Position numbers and translations under genes: made by a program. The notes under the pieces are model-generated. The model ran no database searches. It was given only the letters and a program-made list of their open reading frames with translations, and was not told the origin of the DNA. Below are positions 24,301 to 38,069 of a stretch of DNA of 64,000 nucleotides, in pieces. Source of the stretch: Dipteris shenzhenensis (lineage: Eukaryota); the NCBI GenBank assembly GCA_047967505.1, contig CM106538.1. One strand, 5' to 3'. How positions within the stretch are numbered: the first letter of the stretch is position 1; each line of letters begins with the position of its first letter.

Positions 24301-25499
24301 CTCAAACACACTAGAGGATTGCCAATAGTGTTACTAGTGTCTCAAAAGGGAGAAAAACATCAACACACATCCACTTCTAGTAATGGAACTACCAAAGTCG
24401 ACTAACTAAAGTCGAAAAGAGACGAATCAAAAATGCGCATTTAGAGAGACAAAACAACGTTTTAAAAGATAAAGGCTTGCAACTAGTTTGTATTCCTAGC
24501 TTACAGTATACAAATCAACTTCAAAAAGGAGATGACATGGTGCTTATAACATATTCCAATAGTATTCTGATAACAGTTGGATTTCTAAGCATCATTCACT
24601 AGATAAGGCCACTACTCTAGACTATGAGCAATTACAAAAGGGCCTCCACTCTTATATTGTGGTTACTCCCCAAAGTGATGGCAACATGGGTGAGAGGTGG
24701 GCCTCAACACATAGTAATGGCCAGTTGGCCTTCTCTTTCAATATCATACCCTTCTTGCATGACCAGTCCATTGCTAACTCGCGGTCCACTTTCTAGACAT
24801 GTGGAAAATAATATTCAAAATAGAAGCATATCAAAATGCACTATTCAAATGTTGAAGGGCTACAAGCTAGTAATAGGTAGCTGTGATTGGCACTCAGCCA
24901 TTCACAATCTTGCTTCACTCATTCAGCTTGCATTGCTCCTAACTTTCATGCTTCATTGAGCTTTCTTTACCTTAGTTCCTCACCACCTTCCAAAGGCTCC
25001 TATTGCTTTCATTCCCTAGCTCTTCAATCAGCATACTAATTCCATAAATGGGACATTTTGCACACTTGGATAGGGCCACAAAGGCAAGGTCATTCTACTC
25101 TCGTTCTTCTTTCATTGAGCATTTGACAAAATCTCTTTTTTTCTATTGTGAGAATCTGTATGCTAAATCCTAGCCTTTATTCTTGTAGCTATAAACATCA
25201 TTCTCATACAAAGTGTTGTGCCACTCATTACATATATTGGGCATCTTGAGGTCCTGGGCAATATTGTTTAAGAGCAACAGAGGCAACCTCTATTCGGTAA
25301 GTCACATCTCTAAACCTAGAAATACCATCTAAAGAGAAATAATCGTTGCTTAGTGCAGCTCTAATGCCTAATCTCCATTCCCTTTTGTAGGGTCCTTAGC
25401 TCTGCTAATTTAGATGTCCATCTTCCCAAGTTTGCTCCTTCAATTATGATTCGTTGAGGATCTTTGGGCTCCTTCACCCCACGAAGAGAATGTATCTAG

Positions 25500-27035
25500 T
25501 TCTACAAACTGTTTCCAATTTGTATACAACACTATCACATTGGCCTCCCACCCACAGGCTTCCGCTATCATGAGAATGCACCTCTTGCATTGCCATTATT
25601 ATGGTAGGAGCAATATCACGCCCGATCAATGTTGCCAATTCATATACAACAAAACAATTTCATGGAGACGTGTAGACTAGGAAGCATGGATCAATATCGT
25701 GGTCGGATGCGTCAATTTTATGAGCAAAAACCTATGAGTAGGTTTATACGAGCATGTTTTTCAAGAGATTTTAAAAATAGTATTTCTCTAGGAAACGTGG
25801 TTTTTACACTTTTAGTTTCATTAGAACTAGATCCCTTTATCATAAAAATATACAGACTAGTCACTCATTCATTTTTCCATAACATAAATCTTATTATTCA
25901 TAGACATCCCTTTGTACCCTTATTATTACCTTAAACAAGTATTGAAAAACAATTCATTTAAGAAACGTCCCTCATAATCACTCTCAATATAATAATATTA
26001 TACATAAATAATTACTTATTAAACACATTTATATTATATGGCAATATCTTTCAAGTGTTTTTATAGTATTAATAACAAGATATTTATGGACATGTTTCTA
26101 CAGAAGTTTAAATTACTGTAAATAAGTATTAACTTGGGCTTATATATCACTCTCATAAAATGCATGTAATATTTAATACTATATATGCAAGGTTTTCCAA
26201 AATATAACCCCAGAGATGTACTCAAATGGGGTTTTCCAATCAATTTGAGTGGCTGAATGACTATATTTGGACATTGGATGTGAAAGTTATGTCACTTTTA
26301 AAAGTGCTGTCCAAGGTAGTTTCGCCAGCGAAACTACCTGAAAGACCTTGTTCAAAGGGGTTTCGCTAGCAAAACTACCTTGATGGCTTGCTTCAATGAG
26401 TTTTCTTTGGAGAAACCCTTTCATGAAGATAGGTTGAGAGAGGTTTTTCAATGTTACCCCCTATTAAGTAAAAAGTTGTAAGAAGGATCATAAGGGAATT
26501 TTCATAGAGAAGTCTACTCTACATGTGGGTTTCTTCAAAAGCCATCCCATTATGTTCTCACCATTCCCAAAGATTCACATAAATATTCGTGTATAAAATA
26601 GGCATTCCTATAATACTTTTCATATTTCTTCTGATCCATTTTCGTCATATTTTTGCATAGTTGGAAGCTTTTTTATTCCTTCGCTCAGACGGAAGATTTC
26701 GCTCGGAAAATGCTCGTCCCCATCATGGTCGATCAGTGTTGCCAATTTGTATAGAACAAAATGATCATCGATCGACCTCCAGCTACAATGATTATAAGTT
26801 GCATCCTCATGCACAAAATGTAAAATCACATCACTCGAGACACCAGCTCTTGCATAGCTATTATTATGAGGAGATGTGCAGACTAGACCACATGGAGCAA
26901 TATTATACTAAGGAGATGCACAAACTAGACTGCATCATGGAGCGAAATGCTTGATCAGTGTTGCCAATTTGTATATAACAAAACCGTATAATCAATCAAC
27001 CTCCCTCTACAATGATTAGAAGTTGTCTCCTCTTG
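25500..27035 (+). repeat. Dispersed degenerate direct repeats (GATCAGTGTTGCCAATTTGTATA..; GGAGATGTGCAGACTAG..)
   Basis: Copies at ~25510, 25624, 26731 and 26953; second motif at ~25664, 26870 and 26912. Confidence 0.6.
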
Positions 27036-27164
27036 GAGTGTACCCTGTGATTTGATAGAATCCTATGCATCAAAGCACTACACAGCTCCACAACAAAATG
27101 AAAATACAAACATCTGTGGTAAACTTTCTTTGAAAAGCTTTGAGTGGCCATGTGGATTGGGTCA

Positions 27165-27545
27165 TTCGTGGTTTCATGGCTTCTCTAGCTGTTTCTTTTG
27201 CCTTTTAATGAGAAACACAAGTAACTAGAGACAAAGCAAGGTAGTCACGATAACAAGAACACTAAGTATTGCAATCAGAGTTAGGTGGGATGATGGACCC
27301 AAGCTTACGGCATCATCAGTTTTGTTCTGAGTTGGGGGAGGCAAAAGCGGATTAGGTGGCGAGGCGGGCAAGGTGATGGATGGGTTGGATGGAATGGTCA
27401 GAAGTGTAATAAATGGTTGAGTAGAATAGGAGGTAATGGAGCAAGTGCTCTCCCCATTGAAACTACAAGATAACATAGAAAGTGATTCATTAGCTCTGCA
27501 GCAAGCCTCAGTAGTTGCGATGTTGAAAAGACTCGTCGTTCCAGT
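27165..27545 (-). pseudogene. Possible fragment of a single-pass membrane protein (receptor-like) gene
   Basis: Cys-containing stretch, Pro-rich linker, hydrophobic LTLIAILSVLVIVTTLLCL*LLVFLI, then basic KRQKK. In-frame stops. Family not identifiable. Confidence 0.3.
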
Positions 27546-28555
27546 TAAGCGTGTCTTCGATTACACGAATACTATCGTTTGCCTCCTATAATTTTTCACA
27601 TCTGCTTGCAATACGGGATTATTCAATTCAATTTCCTCTTGCTACTGCTCGAAGGTAGTCACTTCTATGGAAGTCGAGGCCAAGCTGAGCAAAGAAGATA
27701 TCAATCAGTTGCTAGTAAACTTGCTTGCTTTACATTCTTTGAATTTAACAAAATATTGAGACTTCTCAAACAAACAATATAGCCACAACTTTGATGAAGT
27801 CATTTATTAATGTAAGGCTACCGAATTGCTCGTAAGAATGTCCCTACGAGGCAAGTCATCTAGGAAATCTCAAGCATTTCTCTACCCGAACGTCCCTATG
27901 AGGCTACGTATGGATGAAAGCATTTATAGCGCATGGATTTCCATGATTATTATTACTACCACACCCACAGCAGGTAGGGGTGGTGTGGAAGCTACTCCTA
28001 TATCTTCAAGGAGGAATCTCCAGGATGAAAATCAATGGGGTGATACTCGTGTAAGGAATTGAGCTCGCTACCCCTATGCCAATGACAATTGCTTTACGTG
28101 GTGCTATAATACCAGAATACTAATATGACCGGCGTGCAATGTAGCTGCCTCAAGAAAATGGCTATGGGATGGCCAGCAAAGGACATTTGTCACTTTCTAA
28201 GATGTAGAGGCGATGCAAATGTTTTACTAATGGATCATCGATGCTGGGCCCTAGCCCTGAGTGATGAATTTCAATTGCAATATAGACGGACTTTTTACGC
28301 ACGGAGAGCCAAAATCTCTTTGCACACAATCACTCATGTAGTCATGGATAGGAATTTTCTTACATTGTATTCTCAACAACAAGGTTATGTATCTCGATTT
28401 TTTGTCCTTGGCAACAAATCTAAATGGGAAAGAAGATTATGAACCTAGAGACTGTTATTGTTCGTGCACCTTCTCCCACAAAATCTTGTAATAGACTTCT
28501 TTACAACAGAACAAGCTACGCTCTACCTTACAAGTTCAATGATTTTGAGGGGTTC

Positions 28556-29137
28556 CATTAGGGAAATTTGGGGCTCATTTTGTGGCCCTGTAAGAATTTT
28601 ACTTAAGAATATTCTCTCAAAAAAGAGGCATGGAAATTATTTTGCAACTAAGTTCAAAACTTGTCAGACTTGGCATATTTAAAGCCTACTCTTTGAGAGG
28701 TTTACAATGATATATACCAAGATGGATTTGGACATGGTAATGGAAAGATATAGGGAAGATTTCTTTCTTATAGGAGGAGATTCACTTTACATATATAAAT
28801 AAATAAATATATCTTTATATGTGTGTGTGTGTGTGTGTAAGAGAGGAGAGAGAGAGAGAGACACACACACACACACACATGTGTATGTGTGTGTGTGTGT
28901 GTGTTATGTGAATCTTCTCCTATAACAAAGGAATCTTTCTTGTATGTTTCCATTCCCATGTCCAAACCCCATCATGGTAATATCATTGGAAACCTCTCAA
29001 AAGGTAGCCTCTAAATATGTTAAGTTTGACAAGTTTTGAGCTAATTTGCAAAAAAAAATCCATGTCTCTCTATTGAGAGAATATTCTCAATTAATATCCT
29101 CATAGGGCCCCAAAATGAGCTCGAATTTTTCCTAATG
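28556..29137. mobile_element. Foldback/MITE-like element: ~230-bp inverted arms around a microsatellite spacer
   Basis: 28556-28788 is the reverse complement of ~28906-29137 (roughly three-quarters identical by eye). Spacer of (TG)n(GA)n(CA)n(TG)n. No TSD established. Confidence 0.8.
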
Positions 29138-29672
29138 CAAGGGGGGCCGATGATAGTATTTAGGCCTCCCTTGGTGGGGGTTAAGGGGCAGCATCCTTGA
29201 AGCCAAAAATACATGAAAATTGGAACATGAATTGTGTGGTCAAACTTTTTACAAAGGGGTGTGGCTCACAGCATGAGTACAGTGGATATACTTCTTATAT
29301 CTTATCTTCTCACTAACTGGATAAGAAAAATGCATTTGGTATCTTGTATCTTTTCACTGGCTGGATGAGAAAAATGCCATGCTAGCTATTTCTTAGTGGA
29401 AGTATCCCACATTGAGTGAACCATGTATATCATGTGTCTCTTGTTAAGAATGGTTTAAATTACACCATAGGGTTATCGGACAAACCCTAACCCTAACCCT
29501 AACCCTAAGGAGATCATGTATATATTCCTATTTTCCATGGAATACAAGTTAGTGTACAGTTTTAGTCTATCTTGTGTGCACTCCTCTCTCTCCCTCTCTA
29601 ACTTCTGCTATCATGGTATCAGAGCCAATGGTGTGCACAAGCCCTTGCTTCTTGTCAAGGCAATAAGCCCTC

Positions 29673-29983
29673 TGTTGAGATATCAAGCTCTACCCCCGAT
29701 ATATCTCCTGGATGACTATCATTTATGTCACCGCCTATGTTAGTTGTACTCGTGGTGTAGTTAGACTACCACGTATGTTTTTGGTTTGGGTTCACATATG
29801 AACCACGTATTCTAGGGTTTGACATATAGGGTATTTCCCTCTTCTATTGTATGGTTGTTGTGTGCAAAAGTGAAGAAAGGCTTCACCCTCCAACCTTGTG
29901 TCCTCTCTCTTTTGTGTGTTGTGAAGAAAGCTGAACTTGAGTCTTTCTATCTCTCTCCCTTATTCTTTACATGGTATCAGAGC
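29673..29983 (+). mobile_element. Second, unrelated LTR plus Met PBS nested just inside element C
   Basis: TGTTG at 29673 to TTACA at 29971, followed by TGGTATCAGAGC. No partner LTR in the window. Confidence 0.7.
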
Positions 29984-31736
29984 CTTGTTCGTGGTAAGGA
30001 GCTCAAGAAAGCAAGCCAAGTTTGTGGTGTCCTGGTAAGAGGACCAGTGTTGCTTTCCTATTTCGAGTTTGGGAGCAAATCTCTGCAGGTAGCACAGCTA
30101 GAAGTGCAGGAGTGCACTGTTTCAGATTGAGAGGCCCTTCGCGGTGTGGACTTTAACCTAGGTTAGTTCAAATTGACCTCAAGTTTGGCCAATGGTCACA
30201 TTTTGGCCATGTGGCAACTCAACCTTATATGTGACATCACCCCGAGTCACCTAACGATGGTAACCCCTGACTAGTGCCATTTCATCATGGGTAGTCTAGT
30301 GCCACATCGTCCCTAACATGTGGCCACCACCTACCACATCAGTTGCCCAGGTGGTAGTGCCACATCACCAATGCCACCTCACAGCCTCCTCACGTGACAC
30401 GTGGCAATGCCAACTCATAGTGCCACCTTAGCATCAGTGCTTCACAAGCACACTATGCTTTACCATATGCACCCATTGTCCACATCATCATTTTTGGGCC
30501 CTCTTGTGCTCAAAATTTTGCCTTTCTTCCAGGGGCCGTATCTTTTGTTCCAGGTGGAATATGGAGGTGCTTCAAAAAGTAAAATTGCTTACCACCTCTC
30601 ACTCTATGCACTTGTCACCTCACATTTTAAATCTAGGATTTGCACTTTGTAGTATCTACAGAAACCTCTTCATCGAAACCCCTCCTGATCAGATCTCATC
30701 CTCTCCAAACCTAGCACTTAAAATAAATGAAGATAAATTTTATTTTGTTGCTTTTCATCTCAATCAACATGTGGACTAGTTATAGGACTACCTACTTTAG
30801 AGGAGAGAACTCCAAAACAAGCCAACTAAAGCCATGCTAAAAATTCTTGATTAGTTCCCAGTCCCTGCGAAACCTATCATCGGTATTCATCTCACACATA
30901 TCAATACCTACTCCATTCTTTAACAAAGGGAAGATTCACTCTTGTTGAGTCACTTGGCTATTTGGTTTATCGATTCAAGAAAATTGCACCTTTGCACTCA
31001 TATGCCACCTTGTAAAGTCACTAGTTGAGTATTTGGCATCGTGTACTACTTCTTCAAGCCTTGTAAAGCCTCTGGCTATCACTGGCACTTGGTTGTTATT
31101 TGTATACATGGTTTTGATTCTTGATGCACCATGGCAAAATCACATGATGACGTCATATTTCTTGATCAAAATGGCAAGCTCGAAATTAACAACTATGGCA
31201 ATTGGAAGTTCAAAATGTTGAACATTTTTCAGCTGAAGAACTTGTGGGACATTGTCACAAAAGATGAGAAGAGACCTGAGCCTACCTCGATAACTCCTCT
31301 TATTACAGACCAGCAACTAGAGCTCACAAAGAAACAAAAAGAGTGATACCAAGGCATGGCTTGCTTTGAATATCATCAACTTCAATGTGAAGGATACAAT
31401 GATCCCTCTTCTTTGTGGGTAGATCTTAGCTGTACTTGCTTGAAAGACTTTGGAAAGAAGGTATAATGCCAACAATATGTCATGTATTCTCTTGTTGGAG
31501 AATCATCTGAACAACAATCGAATGCTTCCAAATGAATCAAGTCCTAGCTTCTTACTCAAATTAAAAGATCTTAGCAAATCAGCTCACATCACTTGGACAA
31601 GAGGTCAAAGACAAGAGACTAGTCCAGCTTGCCATCAATAGACTTGGACTAGATGATAGGCAGTTTGTGACTGCATTAGTCACTCGAGATGCCCCACCAA
31701 CATTTCAACCCATGTCAGACATGCTCACGCAAAAGT

Positions 31737-32054
31737 CCAGATCGTACTATCACTTAGTGAGCATAAAGATCATGGAGGATCAAACCAAAAACGAAAAGCC
31801 ATGGGGAGAGAGACACGAAGTATGAAATACTCAATCTATTCCAAATGTGCTATATTCAACAATACATGATAGGCCTCTTATATAGAGAGTGCCCTTAGAA
31901 TAGTCAACACTTGTGGGATCCTCTGATCCACATCTCTCCTTGTGGATATCCTCAATCCACATCCCCACATCTTGTAGTCCACATCCTAGGGTGGCTCCTT
32001 TGATTATTTCCTTAGCACATACCTTAGCCTCTAATTATGTGCTCATGGCACCAC
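31737..32054. repeat. Possible solo-LTR-like insert interrupting C gag
   Basis: Gag similarity stops abruptly. Segment has a TATA-like tract, short TCCACAT repeats and a ..CCACA end. Boundaries and TSD not confirmed. Confidence 0.3.
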
Positions 32055-32207
32055 AACTCGGGTCACCCAAATGCCCCCAAATGTTCTAGCTAGTAATGCT
32101 AGAAACAGTCTCCCAAACACCATCCTTTGAGAGAGGTGGTGGGTCTGGACGGGAGGGATAGACTGCATCATGGATTGCAATCTGGGAAACCTACTGCCCA
32201 TGTATCT

Positions 32208-32396
32208 TGTATGAAAGGGGAAGTGAGAACAGAAGAGAGAGAGAGAGAGAGAGAGAAGTGCACACGATATAGCTACATGTACACTATGTTGCATTGATGA
32301 ATATATATATGTGAACCCCTTAGGGTTAGGGTTAGGGTTTGTCCCTAGTGTCCTATCTAGATGGTTCAATTTATATCATCCTTAACACCCCCTCTT
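32208..32396 (-). mobile_element. 3' LTR plus PPT of a C-related element in inverted orientation
   Basis: Reverse complement reads AAGAGGGGG|TGTTAAGGATG..GGACAAACCCTAACCCTAACCCTAAGGGG..TACA, similar to the C LTRs. Non-coding internal sequence probably extends to ~33680. Confidence 0.8.
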
Positions 32397-35300
32397 ACAT
32401 TGCACTGGGTGAGTAGAGGGTGCATGTACAAGACCTTTTTGTGTATTTTGTTTGGTGCATATGATAGCATCCAAAACTGAAAATAAAATTGAAAAGAATC
32501 ACCTCCCCTTAGTGCATACCTTGCTACATAAGGTGGTCAATACCTCCCTTGGGTGCTTTCATAGCTACTCTCAGGTGGTTAGGTTTGATTTACAAACATG
32601 TAGGCTGAAGGTGGTAAGGTTTTTACTTCTCAATGCTTGATGTCGATGGCATTCGCTTCTTTGTTTGACATAGCTTGATGCATGGTGCTTTGTTCTTCCA
32701 TGTACCTTAATGCTTTATGTGTGGATGCCATGTTCTGGGCTATGGTCATCTCATACACTTGTGCTTTCGGCATGCTTTTTGCGTTCATGTGTTGATTTGT
32801 TATTTATTGCAAAGGTCTTACCAATTGATTGCTTTCAATATTGACAGTGTCTAATTGCTAACAATGATTCTGACTTGACAGATGCATAGAGCTCAAAAAG
32901 ATGATCACTTTTCCTTTTTGGACCGTGTGCAAATTTATCCTGGATTGGTAGTTATGGCTTGTCGAAGATTTTGTGAAGAAGAGGCGTTTGATGATGTGGC
33001 ACAGGGGTTCATATGTAGAATACAAATTGTGCTTGGCAGGGGCTGTGTGCTTAGGTGGCCCTGTGCCATGTGGCAATCTTTTAACCCAAGGTTACATTAA
33101 CTTTACCATGGTCCACCTAAACTAAACCTAACTATAAACTTAACCAAACACACACCCAACCTTATCTACCATGTGTCCTGTCAATGGACTACCATGTGGT
33201 CTAAGGTTCATCCTTAGAAAATAAAAAAAAGACTTTGCAAACTGTTGCAAAGGCGCAACGATGACAACGATGATTGGAGAAGGTTGCATGGTGGAGACAT
33301 TTGGAAATGAAGAGATTGGAGAAGGTTCGCATTGTTTGGTGCAACCCATGGCCCGTGTGGTCATGTTAGAGACGACGTTGGCATTGAAGGAGGTCGTAGG
33401 AGTCATGTGCAGAGAACTTGCTACTCAGGTGCTTTGGCTGTGTGAAGACCAAGAGGTGCTGGAGCCTCCTTGAAAGTAATGAAGGTAGAAGGCAGTGGAG
33501 GGAGCTATGAGGCGAGAGCTTTGGCGAGTCTGTGTTGAAGAAGGCATTGGCGATAGCGCTAACTACAATTTTTTAGAGCTACTGGGAGGACATTTCTGTT
33601 GCCTCGCTTGCTATGTGTTGGACGTGTGCATTGAGCTAGGCTGAGCATGGAAACAAAGAGCTGCTAGAGGGCGCCGCTACCATTGCTCGGTGCAGCAGAG
33701 TATAGGGGATCCACCAATGCAGAATGTGAAGCAATTTGGTTCAGAAGGCTTCTTTTAGAGATTGAGATACTTTCTAGAGACCCCACTATGCTCTATTTAG
33801 ATAATATGAGCAGAATTCAATTGGAAAAAGACCTAGTGTTTCATGCCAAAACACAAAACATTAAAGTGCATTATCACTTCATCAGAGAGAAAATTCTTAG
33901 TGAAGAAATCGACTTGATACATTATCTGATACAAGAATACGTCACACATATCTTCACCAAGCCACTTTCCCTTAATAAGTTTACACACTTTCAACATCAG
34001 CTTGGTCTTTGACAATTGCAACTTAAGAGGGGAAAGTTAAGGTTAATTTGTACACCTTTGTACATAACTTTTTCCACTGTGCTCTTTTTGCACTCTTATG
34101 CATCTTTTCTTATCTTTATTTCTATTGCCATCATGCAACATTCAAAAAGTCCAAAATTTGTGTTTTGTAAAGCATCCTCTTGTTATGCAGTGCAATTTAA
34201 GAGGGGGTGTCAACAATGGCATAAATTGCACCATAGGTATATGGGACAAACCCTACCCCTAACCGTAAGGGGTTCATGTATATATTCCTATTTTTCATGG
34301 AATACAAGTTAGTGTACAATTAGCCTGTCTTGTGTGCACTCCTCTCTCTCCCTCTCTTACCTCCGCTATCATCTCTCTCTCTCTTCCATTCTGTGTGCTT
34401 TCTATATTGTGTATTTTACGTATTCCAGTTCTTGCATTATTGCTCAGTTATTGTGTTGCTCCTAAAAAATCCCCCTACTCTCTCCACAGCACACACTTTC
34501 TCAACACACATACACAATGCACATGCACATACACATTAGAATGGACAAATGCAGTGCCATAATGCAAAAATGACAATGTAAAAGAAAGATACAATTTGAA
34601 GGAAAGAAGGTTTGATTTGTAAGGTCTAAATTTATTTCTTGAGCCATGTACATGTGCTAAAAATTCACCTTTGGTCCTTTGTTGGTATTTAAAAACCCAA
34701 CAAATCGACCCTCCAATGCTTCTTTTCTTTTAAAAGTCCTTCTGTGAAAGCTAGAATGGACCTATTGAAGATAGTTGCATTGTGACCCAATACATTATCC
34801 TAAACACTTGAGGAATCCAAACATTATTTTCATCCTTCAAAATGTGACCCACACAAGATTGAATTTATAGCTTTGGTCTAGGGTAAGGAGAGTGCTTCAC
34901 CATCATAGAAAGGGTGGGAACAATCAAAGAGAAGAGCTTCGAAGGAGGAAGAGGTTGAGAGGAGGAGATTGAGAGGACAGTGAGAGGAGGAGGAGGAGGA
35001 GGTTGAGAGAGGATTAAGAGGCGGTAGAGCTTGAGAGGAAGGTCTTAAGTCAATGCGGGTAGTTTGGGGGGGTGGGGATACTTTGAAGAGTTTTCTTTTT
35101 TTTTTAAGGGAAAAAAACTCATGAATTTTTAGACCCACCAAGTGAGGGAGGAGGGTAGGGGAACCAACTTAAAAGTCAAGGGAATGAGTAAATGCCCTAG
35201 GAGGTGGCCTAGTGGGGACTAGCTTAAAAGTCAAGGGAATGAGTAAATGCCCTAAGGGCTGGTGAGGCAAGTGAGAGCCTAGTGGGGTGCAAGGGAGGTC

Positions 35301-35699
35301 TCTCCAGGCCAATATGGAACCTTCCATTCTTTTAATTCCCAATCCTTCCCATTGGTTGGTTTGTTCATCACAAATCTTAAGGGTCTAATCAAAGTGTCCC
35401 TTTTTAAGTCCAAAATTCCCCTAGTGTGCAAATATTTTTATGATTTATTGCTAAAACTAGTGGATGATAACTTTTTCATTTTGTGTCCATTCTATCATTT
35501 TTGTCTCAATAAAGCTAATGGGTTCCTTGATCTGTATTTATACTAGAGCTATTATATGAAATAACTCACTTTAATTCATATGACTAGTTCAGTTTATTTG
35601 TATGAGCTTGTCCTTCTCAAGTATTCTGTTTCCTTTTGTGATACTACATACCTTTTTTTTTTTAAGTGAAATCTTATATTTCTCTATGGGAAACCTCAG

Positions 35700-38000
35700 A
35701 AGAGGTAAAAACCCACCATGAAGTACAAAAGTAAATAGATTACAGGAAGCTATTTCAATTATGGCAGAAAGGGAAAATCCAGGTGAGGATGGATTGCCCA
35801 TTGAATTCTACAAGGAATTTTGGGATGTGGTTGGTCTTTTACTCTTATTATGGCAAGAAAGCTTAAACAATGGAGCTTTTCCTTCACACATTAATAGGGG
35901 AGTTATCGAGCTCATCCCTAAGAAGGGTTGTAAAGATGAACTTAGAAACTGGACTCCTAACTATGCTTAACAATAGATACAAAATCTTTGCTAAGGCTTT
36001 GGCTCTCAAGATCCAAAAGAAGATCAAGGAATGGATTTTGTAAAAATAGAAAGGATTTATTAAAGTACATCATCTTCTTGAGGCCATCATTAACATTTGG
36101 GAGAGAGGTGAATATGCTAAAGAAACCAAGCAAGAGATATGTTTTCTCAAGGTGGATTTGTATAAAGATTTCCTCATTCAGTCCTTGTAGGATATGGGGT
36201 TATGCCCCTCTTTTGTTGCTTATGTAAAACTGCTACTCACCAAGGCTTCTACTAAAATATGTATCAATGGTGAAATGAGCCCTTCTTTTTCCTTGAAGAG
36301 ATCAATCAAACAAGAATGCCCCCTTGGTCCTTTGTGATTTGCAATTGCTAATGATTCTCTAGGGTGGCTACTTAAAACCCAAGTCAAGAAAGGTAACCTT
36401 AGAGGCATAGAATTGATTTTTGGCAAACAATTAGTTTGCCAACGGTTTTCTAAGGACACAATTCTCAAACCTAGAAACGTAGTACAGCATGTTGAGTGCA
36501 CTATGAAGTGTTCGGATATATTTTGCAAAGCTCTAGGTCCATAATTAATCATACAAAGATTGACTATGCTACTCTCAAAGGAAGAAAACATGAAACGCTA
36601 AAAGAACTAGGATGCCATATCATTAACAAGGGTACTATTTTTTGATTGCTTGGGATTCCCATGGGGTTTGACATTACCATGAAGCAATGATGGGATTGGT
36701 TTTTGGAGAGGTTTCAGAGGGAGATAGACAAAATGGAGAGGTTATCAAGCCAATCTTGAAGGAAGAAGGATAGTTCTCAACCATTGTATTTATCCTATCT
36801 CCATTTTTTATTTATCCCTTTGGGTTCCAATAGACTAGATAGATTCATTAGGATTTGCAGATCCTTTCTCTAGTGAGGGGACACTAGAATATCTAAAGTA
36901 AGATGGACCTACTGCATCAAGCACAAGGAAAAAGGTGGCTTAGGAGTAATTGACATAAGCTCTATCTACCAGGAAACTCTTTGCCACATGGGTGATTAAA
37001 GCTATTTTGAGTCTAGAATATGACTGGGCATAACTTCTTTTGACGAATATGAAACTGGTCAAGCCCCTAAATGGAAAAATTTTCCTATTCTCTCTAGCAT
37101 TTACAATCTTGAGCCTTACAAAGCTAAGGGGAGTCCCCTTTGGCAATCTATTTGGAAAGAATTTCAAGAAATAAAGGCCTTCTTGCAATTTTCTAGCAAA
37201 GGAGACTTTATGGCTATTGACTCTATATGGGTCTCCTCTATCTTTAAGAATGCCCAACTCAATGATGTGAATAGTTTCTCCTAACCACCCTTGTGTTTAA
37301 AAGAGGATTGCAAACTTGGGGACAACTTTGGGATAAAGAGTAGCTAAGATGGAAGACTTGGCAAGAAATTAGGAGGGAATTTGCTTTAATCAATCAGTGT
37401 CAGTCTGATCATGAGTAGACTTGAACTTTGGCAAGGGAACACATGTTGGAGAGGTGGCACCTTCCTAATCTGATAGAGAAATTAGATGGGGAGGGAGTAT
37501 TTCGTTGCTTCCAATTCCTACTCTAGCCTTTGATATTGAGGATCTTTTCAGAACTCTGAATACAAGATGGCTACTTCAGGACAACAGAGAAAACTGGTAT
37601 GAAAGGTTTGGGAAGATATGGAACAAGGAAGCCTTGAAAGTTGAAAAGATGTTATGCCTATCTTGGCTTATATTACATGAAGCTATGTGGACTAATGCAA
37701 GGGGTCTCACAATAGGGACAGCAGGAGAATAGGGACATGCGTCTCAAAATAGGGACAAGAGATAGCAGATGCAAAATATTCCCTAGTGTTATTGAAGACA
37801 TTTTCCATTTGTTTGTTTCTTGCCCTCATGCTAGAAAGGTGTGGAAATACATCCAGATAGAAATTGGGGAGCTAGTTAGCTAGAAACCCATTTTAATGGG
37901 AGATGCATTTAAGACCAAGTAGGAGCTTTAGTTCCAAATAAGGGATCATGCTTTATGGTTCATTTGGATATCTAGGAACAACTTCCAATTTAATGATGTG
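35700..38000 (+). pseudogene. Non-LTR retrotransposon (L1/Tx1-like LINE) ORF2 remnant: RT and C-terminal zinc finger
   Basis: PGEDGLPIEFYKEFW, IELIPKKG..RNW, YKIFAKALA, RSIKQECPLGPL, and EDIFHLFVSCPHARKVW near 37790. Many stops and frameshifts. Confidence 0.88.
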
Positions 38001-38069
38001 ATGATGCTTACTGACACTCTGTTTATGTCATGGTGGGATGGGAGAAAAGGAAAGGAGAATGGACTTACA

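Larger units (their letters stand above)
29442..34371 (+). mobile_element. Old Ty1/Copia element C (related to A), heavily deleted and nested
   Basis: LTRs 29442-29613 and 34208-34371 (clearly diverged), TSD TCTCT on both sides, PBS TGGTATCAGAGC at 29614-29625, PPT AAGAGGGGG before 34208. Gag remnant 31131-31735; RNase H remnant 33705-34012 (FHAKTQNIKVHYHFIRE). Confidence 0.88.

Noticed and set aside
24360-24420. PBS and 5' LTR of Gypsy G1 (similarly ~58490-58510 for G2)
   Set aside because: Only a vague resemblance to tRNA 3' ends, and no partner LTR in the window to confirm.
35168-35254. 32-bp direct repeat with 55-bp period (also a small duplication at ~59520-59600)
   Set aside because: Ordinary local duplications with no further structure.
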